This document shows, in pieces, positions 1 to 10,717 of a stretch of 32,000 nt of DNA. The translations under genes and the position numbers were made by a program. The number at the start of each line of letters is the position of its first letter. Position 1 is the first letter of the stretch. Under the pieces are notes generated by a model. It saw only the letters and a list, made by a program, of their open reading frames with translations, had not been told where the DNA came from and ran no database searches. The DNA is from Nostoc punctiforme PCC 73102 (GTDB lineage: Bacteria; Cyanobacteriota; Cyanobacteriia; Cyanobacteriales; Nostocaceae): contig NC_010628.1 in the NCBI RefSeq assembly GCF_000020025.1, positions 8,160,001 to 8,192,000 on the forward strand. Reading direction: 5' to 3'.

Positions 1-55
1 CATATTTTGATATGGCTTCATACTTTCAATCAGCAACGCCAATTTTTTAAAGTAC

Positions 56-3000
56 TCAGGAAACACTTGCAACTTGTAAATACTTCCCAGGTCGCTCGGT
101 ATCGGGGATATACCAGGCGGGGTTGCCTTGAGGATCTCGTCCTAATTTGGCATTAGGTTGCGGAGGACGATTACGTAGGCTGTTATTGGTAACTTCGCTG
201 TTTGTTACTTCTATGGGCGGTGCAGACAAAAATCCAGCAGACTGCATTTCGGCAATACTTTCTTTAAAGGCTGCCATTACAAAAGCTAGATCGGCTTCGG
301 AATGAGCTGTTGTCAAAAAGCAAGGACGGTGATCCCAAGTATGCACTCCCTTATCCCGCAGTAAATAAAATAGTAAGTCTCCATAAGGAAACTCTGGTGC
401 AGATTTCACAATAAACAGGGAGCCGAAGTTATAAGCTGTAAACGGAGCCTGAACTTTCTGGAAATAGCCCATAAGTTCCGCTACAAACTTATCAGTTCTG
501 GCATTGAGATTTTGCTGCAAGCTGGGGCCACTCTGTTTTAAATGTTGAAGTACTGCTTTGGCGGCTGCTAGTGCTAAAGGATGACGGACAAAAGTGCCGG
601 CAAAGTAAGTCACGCCAACTTCTGGAACTGAGTCATCCCCAAACTGCCAAAATCCACCATCTAAAGCATCCATATATTGCGATTTTCCAGCAATGACTCC
701 AATCGGTAGTCCACCGCCCACAATCTTGCCGTAGGTTGCTATATCAGCTTTGATACCAAAATGTGCCTGAGCGCCACCTGGATGAATTCTAAATCCGGTA
801 ACGATTTCATCAAAAATTAGAGCAATACCAGCTTCTTCCGTGAAATCACGCAATTGCTGAAGGAATTCCTTGGGCTGGTATTCAGGGCGACGGCTTTGCA
901 CAGATTCAACCATCACTGCTGCTAACTCATCAGCCCGGCTTCTAAGGATTTCTAGAGACTCAGGTGAATCGTAGTCCACCACCAAAATGTTCTCTACCAT
1001 TTCCGGTGGAATACCGGGAGCAGCAGGAATTGACCGGAGTTTTTTTGTCCCCCGAACAATTACTTCATCCAAAATACCGTGATAAGCTCCAGAAAAGATG
1101 GCGATTAAGTTACGCCCTGTGATGGTGCGTGCCATCCGCATCGCCCCCAAAACCGCTTCCGAACCTGTATTGCAAAAGGCTGCTCGGTCAAAGTTGGTCA
1201 ACTCACACATCAGCTTTGCCACTTCTCCAACTAAGGGAGTCTGCGGCCCAATTTCCATGCCTAGTTTCAGTTGCGCTTCAATTGCTTCGGTAATGAAAGG
1301 TGGCGACCAACCAAACAAATTCAAACCAAAGCCATTGCTTAAATCGACATATTCATTGCCATCAAGATCCCAAAGTTTAGAACCCGATGAACGAGACGCT
1401 ACGATGGGATAAACCATCTCTTTCATCGTCGGGTTAAAACCAGAAACAGTTCTTGGATCTGCCAAATAAGGGCGATGAGATTGAGTATATTCTTTGGATT
1501 TTTTAGTCCGTTGTGTGTATCTTTGAATAATTTTGTCTAGATGAGTGCGTTGTTGCGTTGTCAGAGTCTTAGTCTGGGTTTTTTCAATTCGAGCAGCCGC
1601 ACCAAATGCCTTTTTAGCGCCATTTGATTCCGTGTCTACCGATGCAGGTGATTCTTTGCTGGTTTGAGTCGCTGGGATCGATACGGCATTTTGTGGTTTG
1701 ACACCATTATTTTGAGGTGTCGCCGCAGGTACAACTGGGATTGTTACAGCTTGACTGTTGTTACCCAATAGTGACAATTGCTGACTCATGATTTGTAGCT
1801 GCTGATTAATCACATTTTCGAAGAAACTGGATGCAGCAGGTTGGGGAGAAATCTGAGGTGCAGATCCATTTGTATGAACTTCATGCACTACCAAAGTGGG
1901 TGATGTGGTTGCAGGTGCTGGTAATGGTACTTCTGGAATGGGTTCTGCAACGGTTTCTGTTAATCCTAATGCAGATAAAGTCTCAGGAGACAAGGCTGGA
2001 TTGATAAAGTCAGCCAGTGTTCCTAAATTGGGGTAAATTTCTAGTAACTGCCTAAGTGTTACTTTTACTTGAAATTTTTTCTTTAACGCTAGCCCCACTT
2101 GAGTCAGTGATAAAGAATCTAATCCCATTTCTAAAAATGTTGTCGAATCGTCAACACTAGCGATTTCCAATCCTGATGTTTCTTCAATAATTTCTTTTAG
2201 CAGAGGAATAAGCTTTTGCTGAGGAGATTTTGTCATATCTTGGGTTTTTTCTAACTGGGGATTTAAAGGTTTGGGAGTTGCTGCGCGATTGGGATGAGGT
2301 AAAGGATCAATCCAGAAGCGTTGGCGTTCAAAGGGATAGGTAGGCAGAGAAATTCGTTGTCGCGTTTCCCTTTGATAGAAGTTGCTCCAGTCAATAGATA
2401 CTCCTGCTAGCCACAGTTGTCCTACTGCCTTGAGTAATGCTGTCCATTCGGCTTCGTTCTCGGCGTTATCACTCAGAGAAGCGATCGCTATCTGTTGTTT
2501 AATATCTTTTGCTTGTTGGCGGGCTAAGGTCGTAGTTGTGATTCGCGGCCCAACTTCTAACAGTACGCGTTCTGGTTGCTGCCATAAGGTTTGTATACCC
2601 TCCGCAAATCGCACAGTCTGACGTAGATGTGTAGCCCAATACATCGGATCAGTTGCTTGCTGGGCTGTAATCCAGTCGCCGGTAACTGTGGAAACAAAGG
2701 GAATTTGAGGAGGTGATAATTTAACTTTCCTAACAACCTCAGCAAAGGGGGCTATGATGTCATCCATCATTGGGGAATGGAAAGCATGGGAAGTGTGTAA
2801 AGGGCGACAGACAACTTCTTCGCTTTCTAGTTGTTTTTGCAGAGCCGCGATCGCCTCTGTTGGTCCAGAAACTACACACAGGGAAGGGGCGTTAATTGCT
2901 GCGATCGCTAATTCTGGAATCAATCGCGGCTCTACCTCTTGGGCTGGTAAGCGTACTGAGAGCATAGCCCCTTGTGGTAACTCCCACATGAAGCGACCAC

Positions 3001-4972
3001 GATTTGCAACCAACATCAGCGCATCTTCTAAGGTGAATACACCCGCAATACAGGCGGCGACAAATTCGCCAATGCTGTGACCAATCATCGCTTGGGGTTT
3101 GACTCCCCAACTTTGCCACAGTTGCGCTAAAGCGTATTCAATGACGAATAATGCTGGTTGAGTAAAGCAGGTTTGCTTTAGGGCGATCGCGGCAGTTTCG
3201 CGATCGCTTGGCGCGGGATATATAATTCTTCGTAAATCCCCGCCCAGTAATGGTTTAAGGATTTCTGCACATTCATCTACTACCTCCTGAAACACAGGTT
3301 CACGGTTGTAGAGATTCAGTCCCATATCCACATATTGCGACCCTTGTCCGGGGAACATGAAGGCAACGGCTAGATTACGGATTACTGTATGGCGGGTATT
3401 TATTTGATTGGGATCTAAAGATTGCAGGGCTGCGATCGCATCTGTGATGTCGTGACAAACTACACTGCGTCGATAATTTAAGGCTTTGCGTCCTCGCTGT
3501 AGGGTATAAGCTACATCGGCTAAGTTAATTTCAGCATTGTACTGAAGATATTGCTGCAAATTTGCTGTTGCAGCTTCTAAGGCTGTGCTAGTTTTTGCCG
3601 AGAGCAACAATAGCTGCTGTGGACGAGAAGATCCTGAATTTTGAATTTGTGGCGCTTCTTCCAGCACAATATGAGCATTAGTCCCGCCGACACCAAAAGA
3701 ACTTACACCGGCTCGTCGCGGAGTTTCACCTTGTGACCATTCAGCTAGTTTGGTATTTACATAGAAGGGGCTGTTGGCAAAGTCAATCTTGGGGTTAGGA
3801 GCCTCAAAATTTAAGCTAGGTGGAATTTTTTTATAATGCAGGGCCAGAACGGTTTTAATTAATCCTGCTACCCCAGCAGCCGCAACTAAATGTCCGACAT
3901 TGCTTTTCAGAGAGCCGATCGCACAAAATTGTTTAGCATCTGTATGCACACGAAATGCTTGCGTCAGCGCTTCAATTTCAATGGGGTCGCCTAAAGGTGT
4001 TGCTGTACCGTGAGCTTCAATATAAGAGATAGTTTCTGGGTGGAAGTTGGCATAAGCTTGCGCCATTGCAATGGCTTCTGCTTGTCCATCTACGCTGGGT
4101 GCTGTAAAGCTTACTTTATCAGCACCGTCATTATTAATACCTGAACCACGAATTACGGCATAGATGCGATCGCCTTCATTGAGTGCATCTTCTAAACGCT
4201 TGAGGACAACTATTCCTGCGCCATTGTTGAACATTGTGCCCTGAGCGCTGGCATCAAAGGGACGACAATGACCATCGCCAGACAGCATACTGCCTTCTTG
4301 AGCTATATAACCGCTATTTTGGGGTGTAGTCATAGATACACCACCAGCTAAAGCCATATCGCACTGATAGCTACTTAAGGCTTGACAAGCTTGAATAATT
4401 GCTACCAAAGAAGTAGAGCAAGCCGTATTAACACTGACAGCCGGGCCTTTAAGGTTGAGCTTGTAAGCAGCACGGGTGGTTAAAAAGTCTTTTTCATTTG
4501 CTAACATGGTCTGGAACTCGCCGATGCGATCAACAATTTCCATACGTCCAGAAATATGGTTGGCAAAATAAGTATTTTGACCACAACCAGCGTATAAACC
4601 AATCAAACCATCGAAAGATTCTGATTCATAACCAGCATTTTCTAGAGCTTCATAAACCAACTCTAGAAAAACTCTGGCTTGTGGGTCCATAACCACAGCT
4701 TCCATTGGATTAATGCCAAAAAAGGCAGCATCAAAAGTTTCTCCCCCAGGAATGATTCCTCTAGCTTTTACATAACTGGGATCTTTGCAAAGGTTCGGGT
4801 CAATGCTGGGATCTAATTCTTCATCTTGAAAAAAAGTCGTTGACTCTAATCCCTCACACAGATTGCGCCAAAACTCATCAACATTGCCAGCGCCAGGAAA
4901 TCTTCCTACCATGCCGATAATGGCAACACCATCAATAGGATCTTGATTATCTGAGGTTTGCATATTTACCAT
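56..4972 (-). CDS. Type I polyketide synthase module KS-AT-ACP with a C-terminal class-III PLP aminotransferase (AMT) domain
   Basis: 1638-aa ORF. KS motifs: NTACSTS (Cys), EAHGTATPLGDP, NVGHL. AT has GHSIGE plus an HAFH (malonyl-type) motif. ACP has GLDSLS. The last ~450 aa are a GSA-aminotransferase-like fold with YGKIVGGG (PLP lysine). No KR, DH or ER. The ATG lies 3 nt after the stop of the upstream A-PCP gene. Approximate domain positions: KS 3650-4935, AT 2450-3340, ACP 1970-2200, AMT 200-1480. Confidence 0.9.
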   Translation of the reverse strand: MVNMQTSDNQDPIDGVAIIGMVGRFPGAGNVDEFWRNLCEGLESTTFFQDEELDPSIDPNLCKDPSYVKARGIIPGGETFDAAFFGINPMEAVVMDPQARVFLELVYEALENAGYESESFDGLIGLYAGCGQNTYFANHISGRMEIVDRIGEFQTMLANEKDFLTTRAAYKLNLKGPAVSVNTACSTSLVAIIQACQALSSYQCDMALAGGVSMTTPQNSGYIAQEGSMLSGDGHCRPFDASAQGTMFNNGAGIVVLKRLEDALNEGDRIYAVIRGSGINNDGADKVSFTAPSVDGQAEAIAMAQAYANFHPETISYIEAHGTATPLGDPIEIEALTQAFRVHTDAKQFCAIGSLKSNVGHLVAAAGVAGLIKTVLALHYKKIPPSLNFEAPNPKIDFANSPFYVNTKLAEWSQGETPRRAGVSSFGVGGTNAHIVLEEAPQIQNSGSSRPQQLLLLSAKTSTALEAATANLQQYLQYNAEINLADVAYTLQRGRKALNYRRSVVCHDITDAIAALQSLDPNQINTRHTVIRNLAVAFMFPGQGSQYVDMGLNLYNREPVFQEVVDECAEILKPLLGGDLRRIIYPAPSDRETAAIALKQTCFTQPALFVIEYALAQLWQSWGVKPQAMIGHSIGEFVAACIAGVFTLEDALMLVANRGRFMWELPQGAMLSVRLPAQEVEPRLIPELAIAAINAPSLCVVSGPTEAIAALQKQLESEEVVCRPLHTSHAFHSPMMDDIIAPFAEVVRKVKLSPPQIPFVSTVTGDWITAQQATDPMYWATHLRQTVRFAEGIQTLWQQPERVLLEVGPRITTTTLARQQAKDIKQQIAIASLSDNAENEAEWTALLKAVGQLWLAGVSIDWSNFYQRETRQRISLPTYPFERQRFWIDPLPHPNRAATPKPLNPQLEKTQDMTKSPQQKLIPLLKEIIEETSGLEIASVDDSTTFLEMGLDSLSLTQVGLALKKKFQVKVTLRQLLEIYPNLGTLADFINPALSPETLSALGLTETVAEPIPEVPLPAPATTSPTLVVHEVHTNGSAPQISPQPAASSFFENVINQQLQIMSQQLSLLGNNSQAVTIPVVPAATPQNNGVKPQNAVSIPATQTSKESPASVDTESNGAKKAFGAAARIEKTQTKTLTTQQRTHLDKIIQRYTQRTKKSKEYTQSHRPYLADPRTVSGFNPTMKEMVYPIVASRSSGSKLWDLDGNEYVDLSNGFGLNLFGWSPPFITEAIEAQLKLGMEIGPQTPLVGEVAKLMCELTNFDRAAFCNTGSEAVLGAMRMARTITGRNLIAIFSGAYHGILDEVIVRGTKKLRSIPAAPGIPPEMVENILVVDYDSPESLEILRSRADELAAVMVESVQSRRPEYQPKEFLQQLRDFTEEAGIALIFDEIVTGFRIHPGGAQAHFGIKADIATYGKIVGGGLPIGVIAGKSQYMDALDGGFWQFGDDSVPEVGVTYFAGTFVRHPLALAAAKAVLQHLKQSGPSLQQNLNARTDKFVAELMGYFQKVQAPFTAYNFGSLFIVKSAPEFPYGDLLFYLLRDKGVHTWDHRPCFLTTAHSEADLAFVMAAFKESIAEMQSAGFLSAPPIEVTNSEVTNNSLRNRPPQPNAKLGRDPQGNPAWYIPDTERPGKYLQVASVS

Positions 4973-4975
4973 TGC

Positions 4976-7006
4976 TTAAACACCTTGTTGATGATTACGG
5001 CGACGAGCTTGAGCTGCTTGTTGGCGTTGAGCGCGATTTTGCAGTTTGTTATGAGATGGTTGGCTGTTCTGGTTTGAATCCAAATATTTTGCTAAAGAGC
5101 CAATCGTTGAATACTGAAATAGCTTCACAGCAGGTAATTCAATACTAAGTTCCTGTTTGACTCGTGCAGCAACTTGCAGAATTGAGATTGAAGTTCCTCC
5201 CAAATCAAAGAAATTATCATCAATCCCAACGCGATCGATTTTGAGCAGTTCAGACAAAATACCTGCAAGCAAACGTTCTAAATCAGTTTGGGGAGCAATG
5301 TACGCTTGTTCGAGTTGCGGACGTTCTCTACTTGGTGCTGGCAATTTATGTCTATCTACTTTGCCATTTGCGGTTAGAGGCAGTGATTCTAACATTACAA
5401 ATGCTGATGGCACCATGTAATGAGGTAGGTGCTGCTGTAAAAAGCTACGTAAATTATTGTGTGTATATCTACTGTTATAGTGAGGAACAATATAAGCAGT
5501 CAACTGCTTTTCACCTGTTTCATCCTGACGAGCTAAAACAACAATTTCCCGAACATCAGGATGTTGTGCAATCTCCCGCTCAATTTCCCCTAGTTCAATT
5601 CGGAAACCGCGAATTTTTACCTGATTGTCAATCCGACCTAAGAACTCGATATTGCCATCTGGCAGATAACGAGCCAAATCTCCAGTTTTGTAAAGGCGGG
5701 TTGCTAAATTGCTATCAAATGAGTGAGAAATAAATTTTTCGGCAGTCAATTCTGGACGATTCAAATATCCTCTAGCTAATCCATCTCCAGCAATGTGCAA
5801 TTCGCCAATTTCTCCAATTGCTACTGTTTGGAAGTTGTTGTCTAATATATAAACTTGGGTATTAGCAATTGGGCGACCAATAGGAATAGATACACCTGGT
5901 TGCACTGGAGCTGTTATAAGATGGCAGCAGGTAAAAGTTGTATTCTCAGTTGGCCCATAACCATTAATTAGCCGACAGTTCTCTACTGTTTGGAGAAACT
6001 TCTGTACATGGGGAACAGATAAGACATCACCACCCGCTAAAAGTTGACGCAAAGATTTTAACGCATCAATTTTTTCATCCACTATGAGATGGAATAAGCC
6101 GGCTGTCAGCCAAAGAGTAGTGACTTGATATTGTTGAATAATCTGCCCTAATTCTTCTAATGATGGTGTATGAGGAGGGCAAATTACTAGTTGCCCACCG
6201 TTAAGTAAGCAACCCCAAATTTCAAAAGTTGAAGCATCGAAGGAAATAGGAGCAAGTTGCAGAATTATTTCTTCAGCAGTGAGGTGAGCATAATTAGTTT
6301 CTTTGACCAGCCTAACTACACCACGATGGATAACGCTAACCCCTTTGGGTGTACCTGTAGAACCTGATGTATACATGACATAAGCCAAGTTTTCAGCAGT
6401 GACGTTAGTGCTTAGGTTCTCTTTTTTATTTTGGGCGATTGTATGCCAATCTGCATCTAGGCAAATTACAAATGCTGTATGAGTAGGTAATTTAGCAACT
6501 AGGTCTTTTTGAGTTAATAGTATAGATACCTGAGTATCTAATAGCATAAAAGCTAAACGTTCTCGTGGATACCCTGGATCTAGCGGTACATAAGCTCCAC
6601 CTGCTTTGAGGATAGCTAAAAGTGCTACAACCATTTCTAAGGAGCGCTCTATGCAGATACCTACAAGAGTTTCTGCTTTTATACCTAGTGTTTGTAGATA
6701 TTGTGCCAGTTGATTAGCACGACTATTCAAATCTCTATAGGTGAGATGCTGATTATTAAATATTAATGCTACAGCATCAGGTGTTTTCTCAACCTGTGCT
6801 TCAAACAACTGATGAATACACGCTTGCTGAGGATAATCCGTTTGAGTCTTATTCCACTTGGTCAGTAGGTCTTTTTCGGATTCTTTCAAGATAGGTAATG
6901 TTAAATTATATCGTTCTAAGTTATTATCTGATGATAATGATGTTTGAGACTCAGTTACCAGAAATTGATTTTTATTTTTAGCTAATGAATCAGTTATTAC
7001 TTTCAT
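4976..7006 (-). CDS. NRPS loading protein: adenylation domain plus peptidyl carrier domain (A-PCP), with a Val-like specificity code
   Basis: 676-aa ORF. A-domain cores: LTYRDLN, YTSGSTGTPKG, FDAS, NGYGPTE, GELHIAGDGLARGY, YKTGDLARY, GRIDNQVKIRGFRIE, NGKVDR. Carrier motif: FFDLGGTSI. There is no condensation domain, so this is a starter module. Confidence 0.9.
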   Translation of the reverse strand: MKVITDSLAKNKNQFLVTESQTSLSSDNNLERYNLTLPILKESEKDLLTKWNKTQTDYPQQACIHQLFEAQVEKTPDAVALIFNNQHLTYRDLNSRANQLAQYLQTLGIKAETLVGICIERSLEMVVALLAILKAGGAYVPLDPGYPRERLAFMLLDTQVSILLTQKDLVAKLPTHTAFVICLDADWHTIAQNKKENLSTNVTAENLAYVMYTSGSTGTPKGVSVIHRGVVRLVKETNYAHLTAEEIILQLAPISFDASTFEIWGCLLNGGQLVICPPHTPSLEELGQIIQQYQVTTLWLTAGLFHLIVDEKIDALKSLRQLLAGGDVLSVPHVQKFLQTVENCRLINGYGPTENTTFTCCHLITAPVQPGVSIPIGRPIANTQVYILDNNFQTVAIGEIGELHIAGDGLARGYLNRPELTAEKFISHSFDSNLATRLYKTGDLARYLPDGNIEFLGRIDNQVKIRGFRIELGEIEREIAQHPDVREIVVLARQDETGEKQLTAYIVPHYNSRYTHNNLRSFLQQHLPHYMVPSAFVMLESLPLTANGKVDRHKLPAPSRERPQLEQAYIAPQTDLERLLAGILSELLKIDRVGIDDNFFDLGGTSISILQVAARVKQELSIELPAVKLFQYSTIGSLAKYLDSNQNSQPSHNKLQNRAQRQQAAQARRRNHQQGV

Positions 7007-8044
7007 ATTTTATTTCCGCAAAAAATAAATCTTTTTGCAAAACTTGTAGTTTTTAAGTAGTGCTGCATTTTTAACTCAACAAATGTCAAGTTTAACGTTG
7101 CAGCTAATGTTACTACTAAACTATACAAAACCAGAATTATTACTGAGTGAAAAATACTAAAGTTTGTTCTAAAATTCATATTGAGAAATACTTTTCTATA
7201 GATATAGATTTTTGGATAAACCAGTAAACTATGTAAGTTGAGTACGATATTGTTTCGAGATAAATAAGTAACGATGAATTATGATGTCTGAAAACTAAAT
7301 ATAGCTCCAACACCACGCAAGGTTTGTTGAAGCACTAGTATTTTTAATTACATTTTTTAGTCATATTTTTAATTTTTAAATTATATTTCAAGACTAATTT
7401 GACAAGAAATCATGCCGCAATCCTATAATGTTTATATGAAAGGGCACTGACTCTTAGATTTAGTTTTTTTATTTTGACCTATTTCCTCAAAATCTGAGTT
7501 ATTTTCAATACATCTTCATTGAAAATTAAAACTTTAGAGGTGATTTGCAATGAGAGTATTAACTGTACGTTAGCTTATTTGAGAGGATAAGAAGAATCAA
7601 TGCCTTGATGGGAAAGGAAGACAGCGATTTTACCAGCCGATAAGCAAGCAATGGAATCCGTTTGGAGATAGGTTGAACTCCAGGCTATGACCATCAAAAT
7701 TTTTTGTGCCCTAATTCTACTTATTAATACTTAATACTTTCAATATTTTATAGTATAAAACAGTTAGGACTTATACAATTGGCATAAATCTTTGCAAGGC
7801 ATTAGTCGGTTGTAGGGGCGTATAGATGTACGTTCCTCTCTAAGTATTTGTATCATGTATATTGTAAAATATTAAGCTGTTCTACATTTAACTTGGATGA
7901 TTAGGGCGGGTATAACTAGAACAGCTTTAAGAATCACAGGATAAAACAGGATATCAAAGGCGAGGGAGTATTACTCCCCCGCAATAGCCAACTTACTACA
8001 GCTTAATTGTTGAATTTAAAGCTGTAATCGTAATCATCTTTAGG

Positions 8045-8806
8045 TTAAATTACACTAGCTGAGAAAACGAAGTCATTTGCTGTTAGGCTAGTCGATGTAA
8101 CTCCAACCAATGAAGCCAACTCTGTATTTCCGGCTTTCACCAAAGTATCGCTACCCTGTTGCAATAGAGTTAAGGCACTAAATTGAGTAACACCAATACC
8201 GCCCAGCCCGATTTTATCAATGCCAACTGCAAAATCAGTTACAATGTTCTTGCTAGTTGGCAGACTGGCGTTAGCAATCCAGAATTGGTCAGCACCAGTA
8301 CCACCAGTTAAGCGATTACCGCCCTGTTGACCAGCAAATAGCACATCATCACCATCGCCACCAAACAGCGAATCATTCACACTGGAGAAGAGTTTGTCAT
8401 CTCCAGAACCACCGTAGAGGCGGTTATTGCTACCGTTACTCTTGAGGGTATCGTTACCTGAGCCACCGAAAGACAGTTGACGCGAACCTTCAACTACTGT
8501 GAGAGTATCAGCACCTGCGCCTCCGAACAAATTATTACTACCATTGGCTTCCACTACGGTAACTTCGTCATTACCATTGCCACCATCAGCACTAGTGTTA
8601 CTAGCAGGGCTATTTACGCCAATAAAAACTTGATCGTTACCATCTCCTGTGGACACTGAAGAGCCACTGCCGACTAGTACCGTATCTTCACCGTTACCAG
8701 TCACGATTGTGTTACCTTTAGTACCTTCTACAAAGTCTGCGCCGTCACCTGCAAATAAGGTTTGATTTGGCTTGAGGGTGACATCATCACTATTAGTAGA
8801 ACCAAA
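8045..8806 (-). repeat. Shared RTX/C-terminal cassette, copy 1 (3' end of the AP/NPP-like gene)
   Basis: Nucleotide-level paralogue of 11122-11883. I counted about 15 mismatches by eye in the first ~320 nt. It is more diverged from 17913-18677. The similarity continues past the stop codon into 7995-8044. Confidence 0.9.
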
Positions 8807-10717
8807 TTGAAGGTCTAGTGTTGTTAGTCCAACAGTGCGACCATCAAACCCTGCGGCTGTGAAGTACTGAGTATTGCCTACACTTTGAGAATCCAGAACT
8901 GTTGCTTGACCATTAGTAGTTTTTTCTGAAATCAATACTTCTTTAGTAGAGGGAACTACATCCGGGCCTCCCACCAGTGCTTCTGTAATGGCACGACCTT
9001 TCAAATCGCCATTACTTGGAATATCTAACCCTAAAATACGAGCAAGTGTAGGCGTGACATCGGCATTACTGACGGGCGCATAGTCCACATAACCTTGTTT
9101 AAAGTCTGGGCCAATAGCTTCCATGTTATTAAAGGTATCACCTCGACCAAAGCTGCCATGCATCCCCTGCCCTTGCTGCAAAGTTGTATCAGCAATTTCT
9201 ACCTGAGCTTGAGGGTTGTTTGGGTTGCTTGGGTCGGTGCTAAAGGTTTTGAAGTTGATAACTATAGATGGAACTGGTGTTTTAGCATCACCTTTTAGCC
9301 CGATCGCACTTAATGGTAAAGCACCTGGGATGTCTCCATAAGCATCGTCTACAAAAATCCCACTGATGTAGTCTTTTTGTGAAAGCAAATCCACTACCTG
9401 TTTAGCAAAGTCAGCATTGCCATTGGGCAGATAAATCAGGTCAGATCCACCATTAGCAGCTACAACTATCTTTGTACCTGGGTCAAGTTGGCCATTAATT
9501 ACCTCACCTGTACCACCAATTACACCATTCCCAGAAATAGGACGTTGACCTTGTGTGGCATCAACAGTCGCATACTGGATCTGGTTGAGGTCTGGGGGAA
9601 GGGTTGTAGGGTTAGGATCGTATAAGGGTAGACCTAGATCGTGAGCCAAATCAATTGCAACAAAACCTGCTGGTAGAAATCCCGGATTTACACCCGCATA
9701 AGTTTGGGTGGCAGCATAACTTGTAGTTTTTGTGCCTTGGCTATCAATAGCTTGTTTGCTGATGGTAGAAAAACCGTGGTCAGAAGTAATAAAGACATCA
9801 GTAGTTTTGTCTAAGCCTGTGCTTTTGAGATAGTCAAGAAGTTGCTTTAAATTATCATCAGCATTTTTGACCCCAGCTTTGGAGGTAGGGCCATTAATAC
9901 CTGGTGTTAAGGTGTTTAAGCTATCACCTTGATTATGTTGACTACCATCGGGATCTCTTGACCAGTAAACCAATGCGAATGGTTTACCATCTTCTTGAAA
10001 CTTGGGTAAAATTACTTTGGTTGTGGCATCTGCAAAGTATTGTTGTTGAGCAACATTAGCATTGAGAGTCCCTGGAGTTGTATTGTTACCAGCTGGCTGG
10101 ACTCGCGGTGTCGGTTTTACATCTAAACCAGCAGCTTGTAAGCGGTTGACAATATCTGGATCGAGTGGAACAGCAGAAGGTGAACCAGCAGGTGTAGTCG
10201 GCGGCGTTGCACCATTCGTACTATCATCAATAATAATTGTATCGGGAGTAGGAATATTACCTGTAATACCACCTTCTCGGTTAACTTGGGTAACATCTTG
10301 GATGGCAACTGGGCCTAGTTTACCAACTGCTGCTGTGTTGAAACCCTGCGATCGCGCGTAAGCTAAGAGTGACTCTTCATCTAAAAAGTTGTTACCGGGG
10401 AATTTTTCATCAATATCCCCCAAAACCGCATCATTTTCGATGAATGGCGTGACACTACCATTGGCATTAGGGCTAGGAAAACCAGTGTAGATAGTGTTGC
10501 TAAAGTCACCTGTATCACCAAGATAATGCCCCGTGGCGATCGCAGAAGCGTTCGGTGTGGTAAATGTCGGAAACAGTGAATGACTATTAGCGAAACTAAC
10601 TCCCTGCTGACGGACACTATATAAAGTTGGGGTATCAATTGAGTTTACAGAACCGTTACGCAATCCATCTGCAACAAAAATAATGACATTTCTACCGTTG
10701 TCGTTTGTATCAGCCAT
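8045..10717 (-). CDS. Alkaline-phosphatase-superfamily (nucleotide pyrophosphatase/phosphodiesterase-like) enzyme with C-terminal RTX calcium-binding repeats
   Basis: 890-aa ORF. AP-superfamily metal and nucleophile motifs: [36 protein letters not shown]. No N-terminal signal peptide. The last 253 aa are GGxGxD-type nonapeptide repeats plus a conserved tail. An AAGGAA Shine-Dalgarno-like sequence lies ~8 nt upstream of the ATG. Confidence 0.8.
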   Translation of the reverse strand: MADTNDNGRNVIIFVADGLRNGSVNSIDTPTLYSVRQQGVSFANSHSLFPTFTTPNASAIATGHYLGDTGDFSNTIYTGFPSPNANGSVTPFIENDAVLGDIDEKFPGNNFLDEESLLAYARSQGFNTAAVGKLGPVAIQDVTQVNREGGITGNIPTPDTIIIDDSTNGATPPTTPAGSPSAVPLDPDIVNRLQAAGLDVKPTPRVQPAGNNTTPGTLNANVAQQQYFADATTKVILPKFQEDGKPFALVYWSRDPDGSQHNQGDSLNTLTPGINGPTSKAGVKNADDNLKQLLDYLKSTGLDKTTDVFITSDHGFSTISKQAIDSQGTKTTSYAATQTYAGVNPGFLPAGFVAIDLAHDLGLPLYDPNPTTLPPDLNQIQYATVDATQGQRPISGNGVIGGTGEVINGQLDPGTKIVVAANGGSDLIYLPNGNADFAKQVVDLLSQKDYISGIFVDDAYGDIPGALPLSAIGLKGDAKTPVPSIVINFKTFSTDPSNPNNPQAQVEIADTTLQQGQGMHGSFGRGDTFNNMEAIGPDFKQGYVDYAPVSNADVTPTLARILGLDIPSNGDLKGRAITEALVGGPDVVPSTKEVLISEKTTNGQATVLDSQSVGNTQYFTAAGFDGRTVGLTTLDLQFGSTNSDDVTLKPNQTLFAGDGADFVEGTKGNTIVTGNGEDTVLVGSGSSVSTGDGNDQVFIGVNSPASNTSADGGNGNDEVTVVEANGSNNLFGGAGADTLTVVEGSRQLSFGGSGNDTLKSNGSNNRLYGGSGDDKLFSSVNDSLFGGDGDDVLFAGQQGGNRLTGGTGADQFWIANASLPTSKNIVTDFAVGIDKIGLGGIGVTQFSALTLLQQGSDTLVKAGNTELASLVGVTSTSLTANDFVFSASVI

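Noticed and set aside
1-21. Possible start of the next biosynthetic gene (minus-strand ATG at 21, reading MKPYQNM... off the left edge)
   Set aside because: Only 7 codons are visible and the GAAAG ribosome-binding context is weak. This is too little to call a CDS.
1098-5733. Plus-strand and off-frame ORFs of 60-133 aa inside the PKS and NRPS genes (1098..1412, 2382..2621, 2557..2745, 2754..3080, 2892..3119, 4498..4692, 5157..5420, 5332..5733)
   Set aside because: All are fully embedded in long ORFs with unmistakable domain motifs. Their translations are low-complexity or oddly composed and carry no recognisable motifs, so they are shadow ORFs.
7399-7429. Perfect sigma-70 hexamers TTGACA (7399-7404) and TATAAT (7424-7429) on the plus strand in the ORF-free AT-rich region
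   Set aside because: The spacer is 19 nt, which is long. The context is very AT-rich, so such hexamers arise by chance. There is no downstream plus-strand ORF and no convincing terminator to define an sRNA. It is worth a look in dRNA-seq data but cannot be supported from sequence alone.
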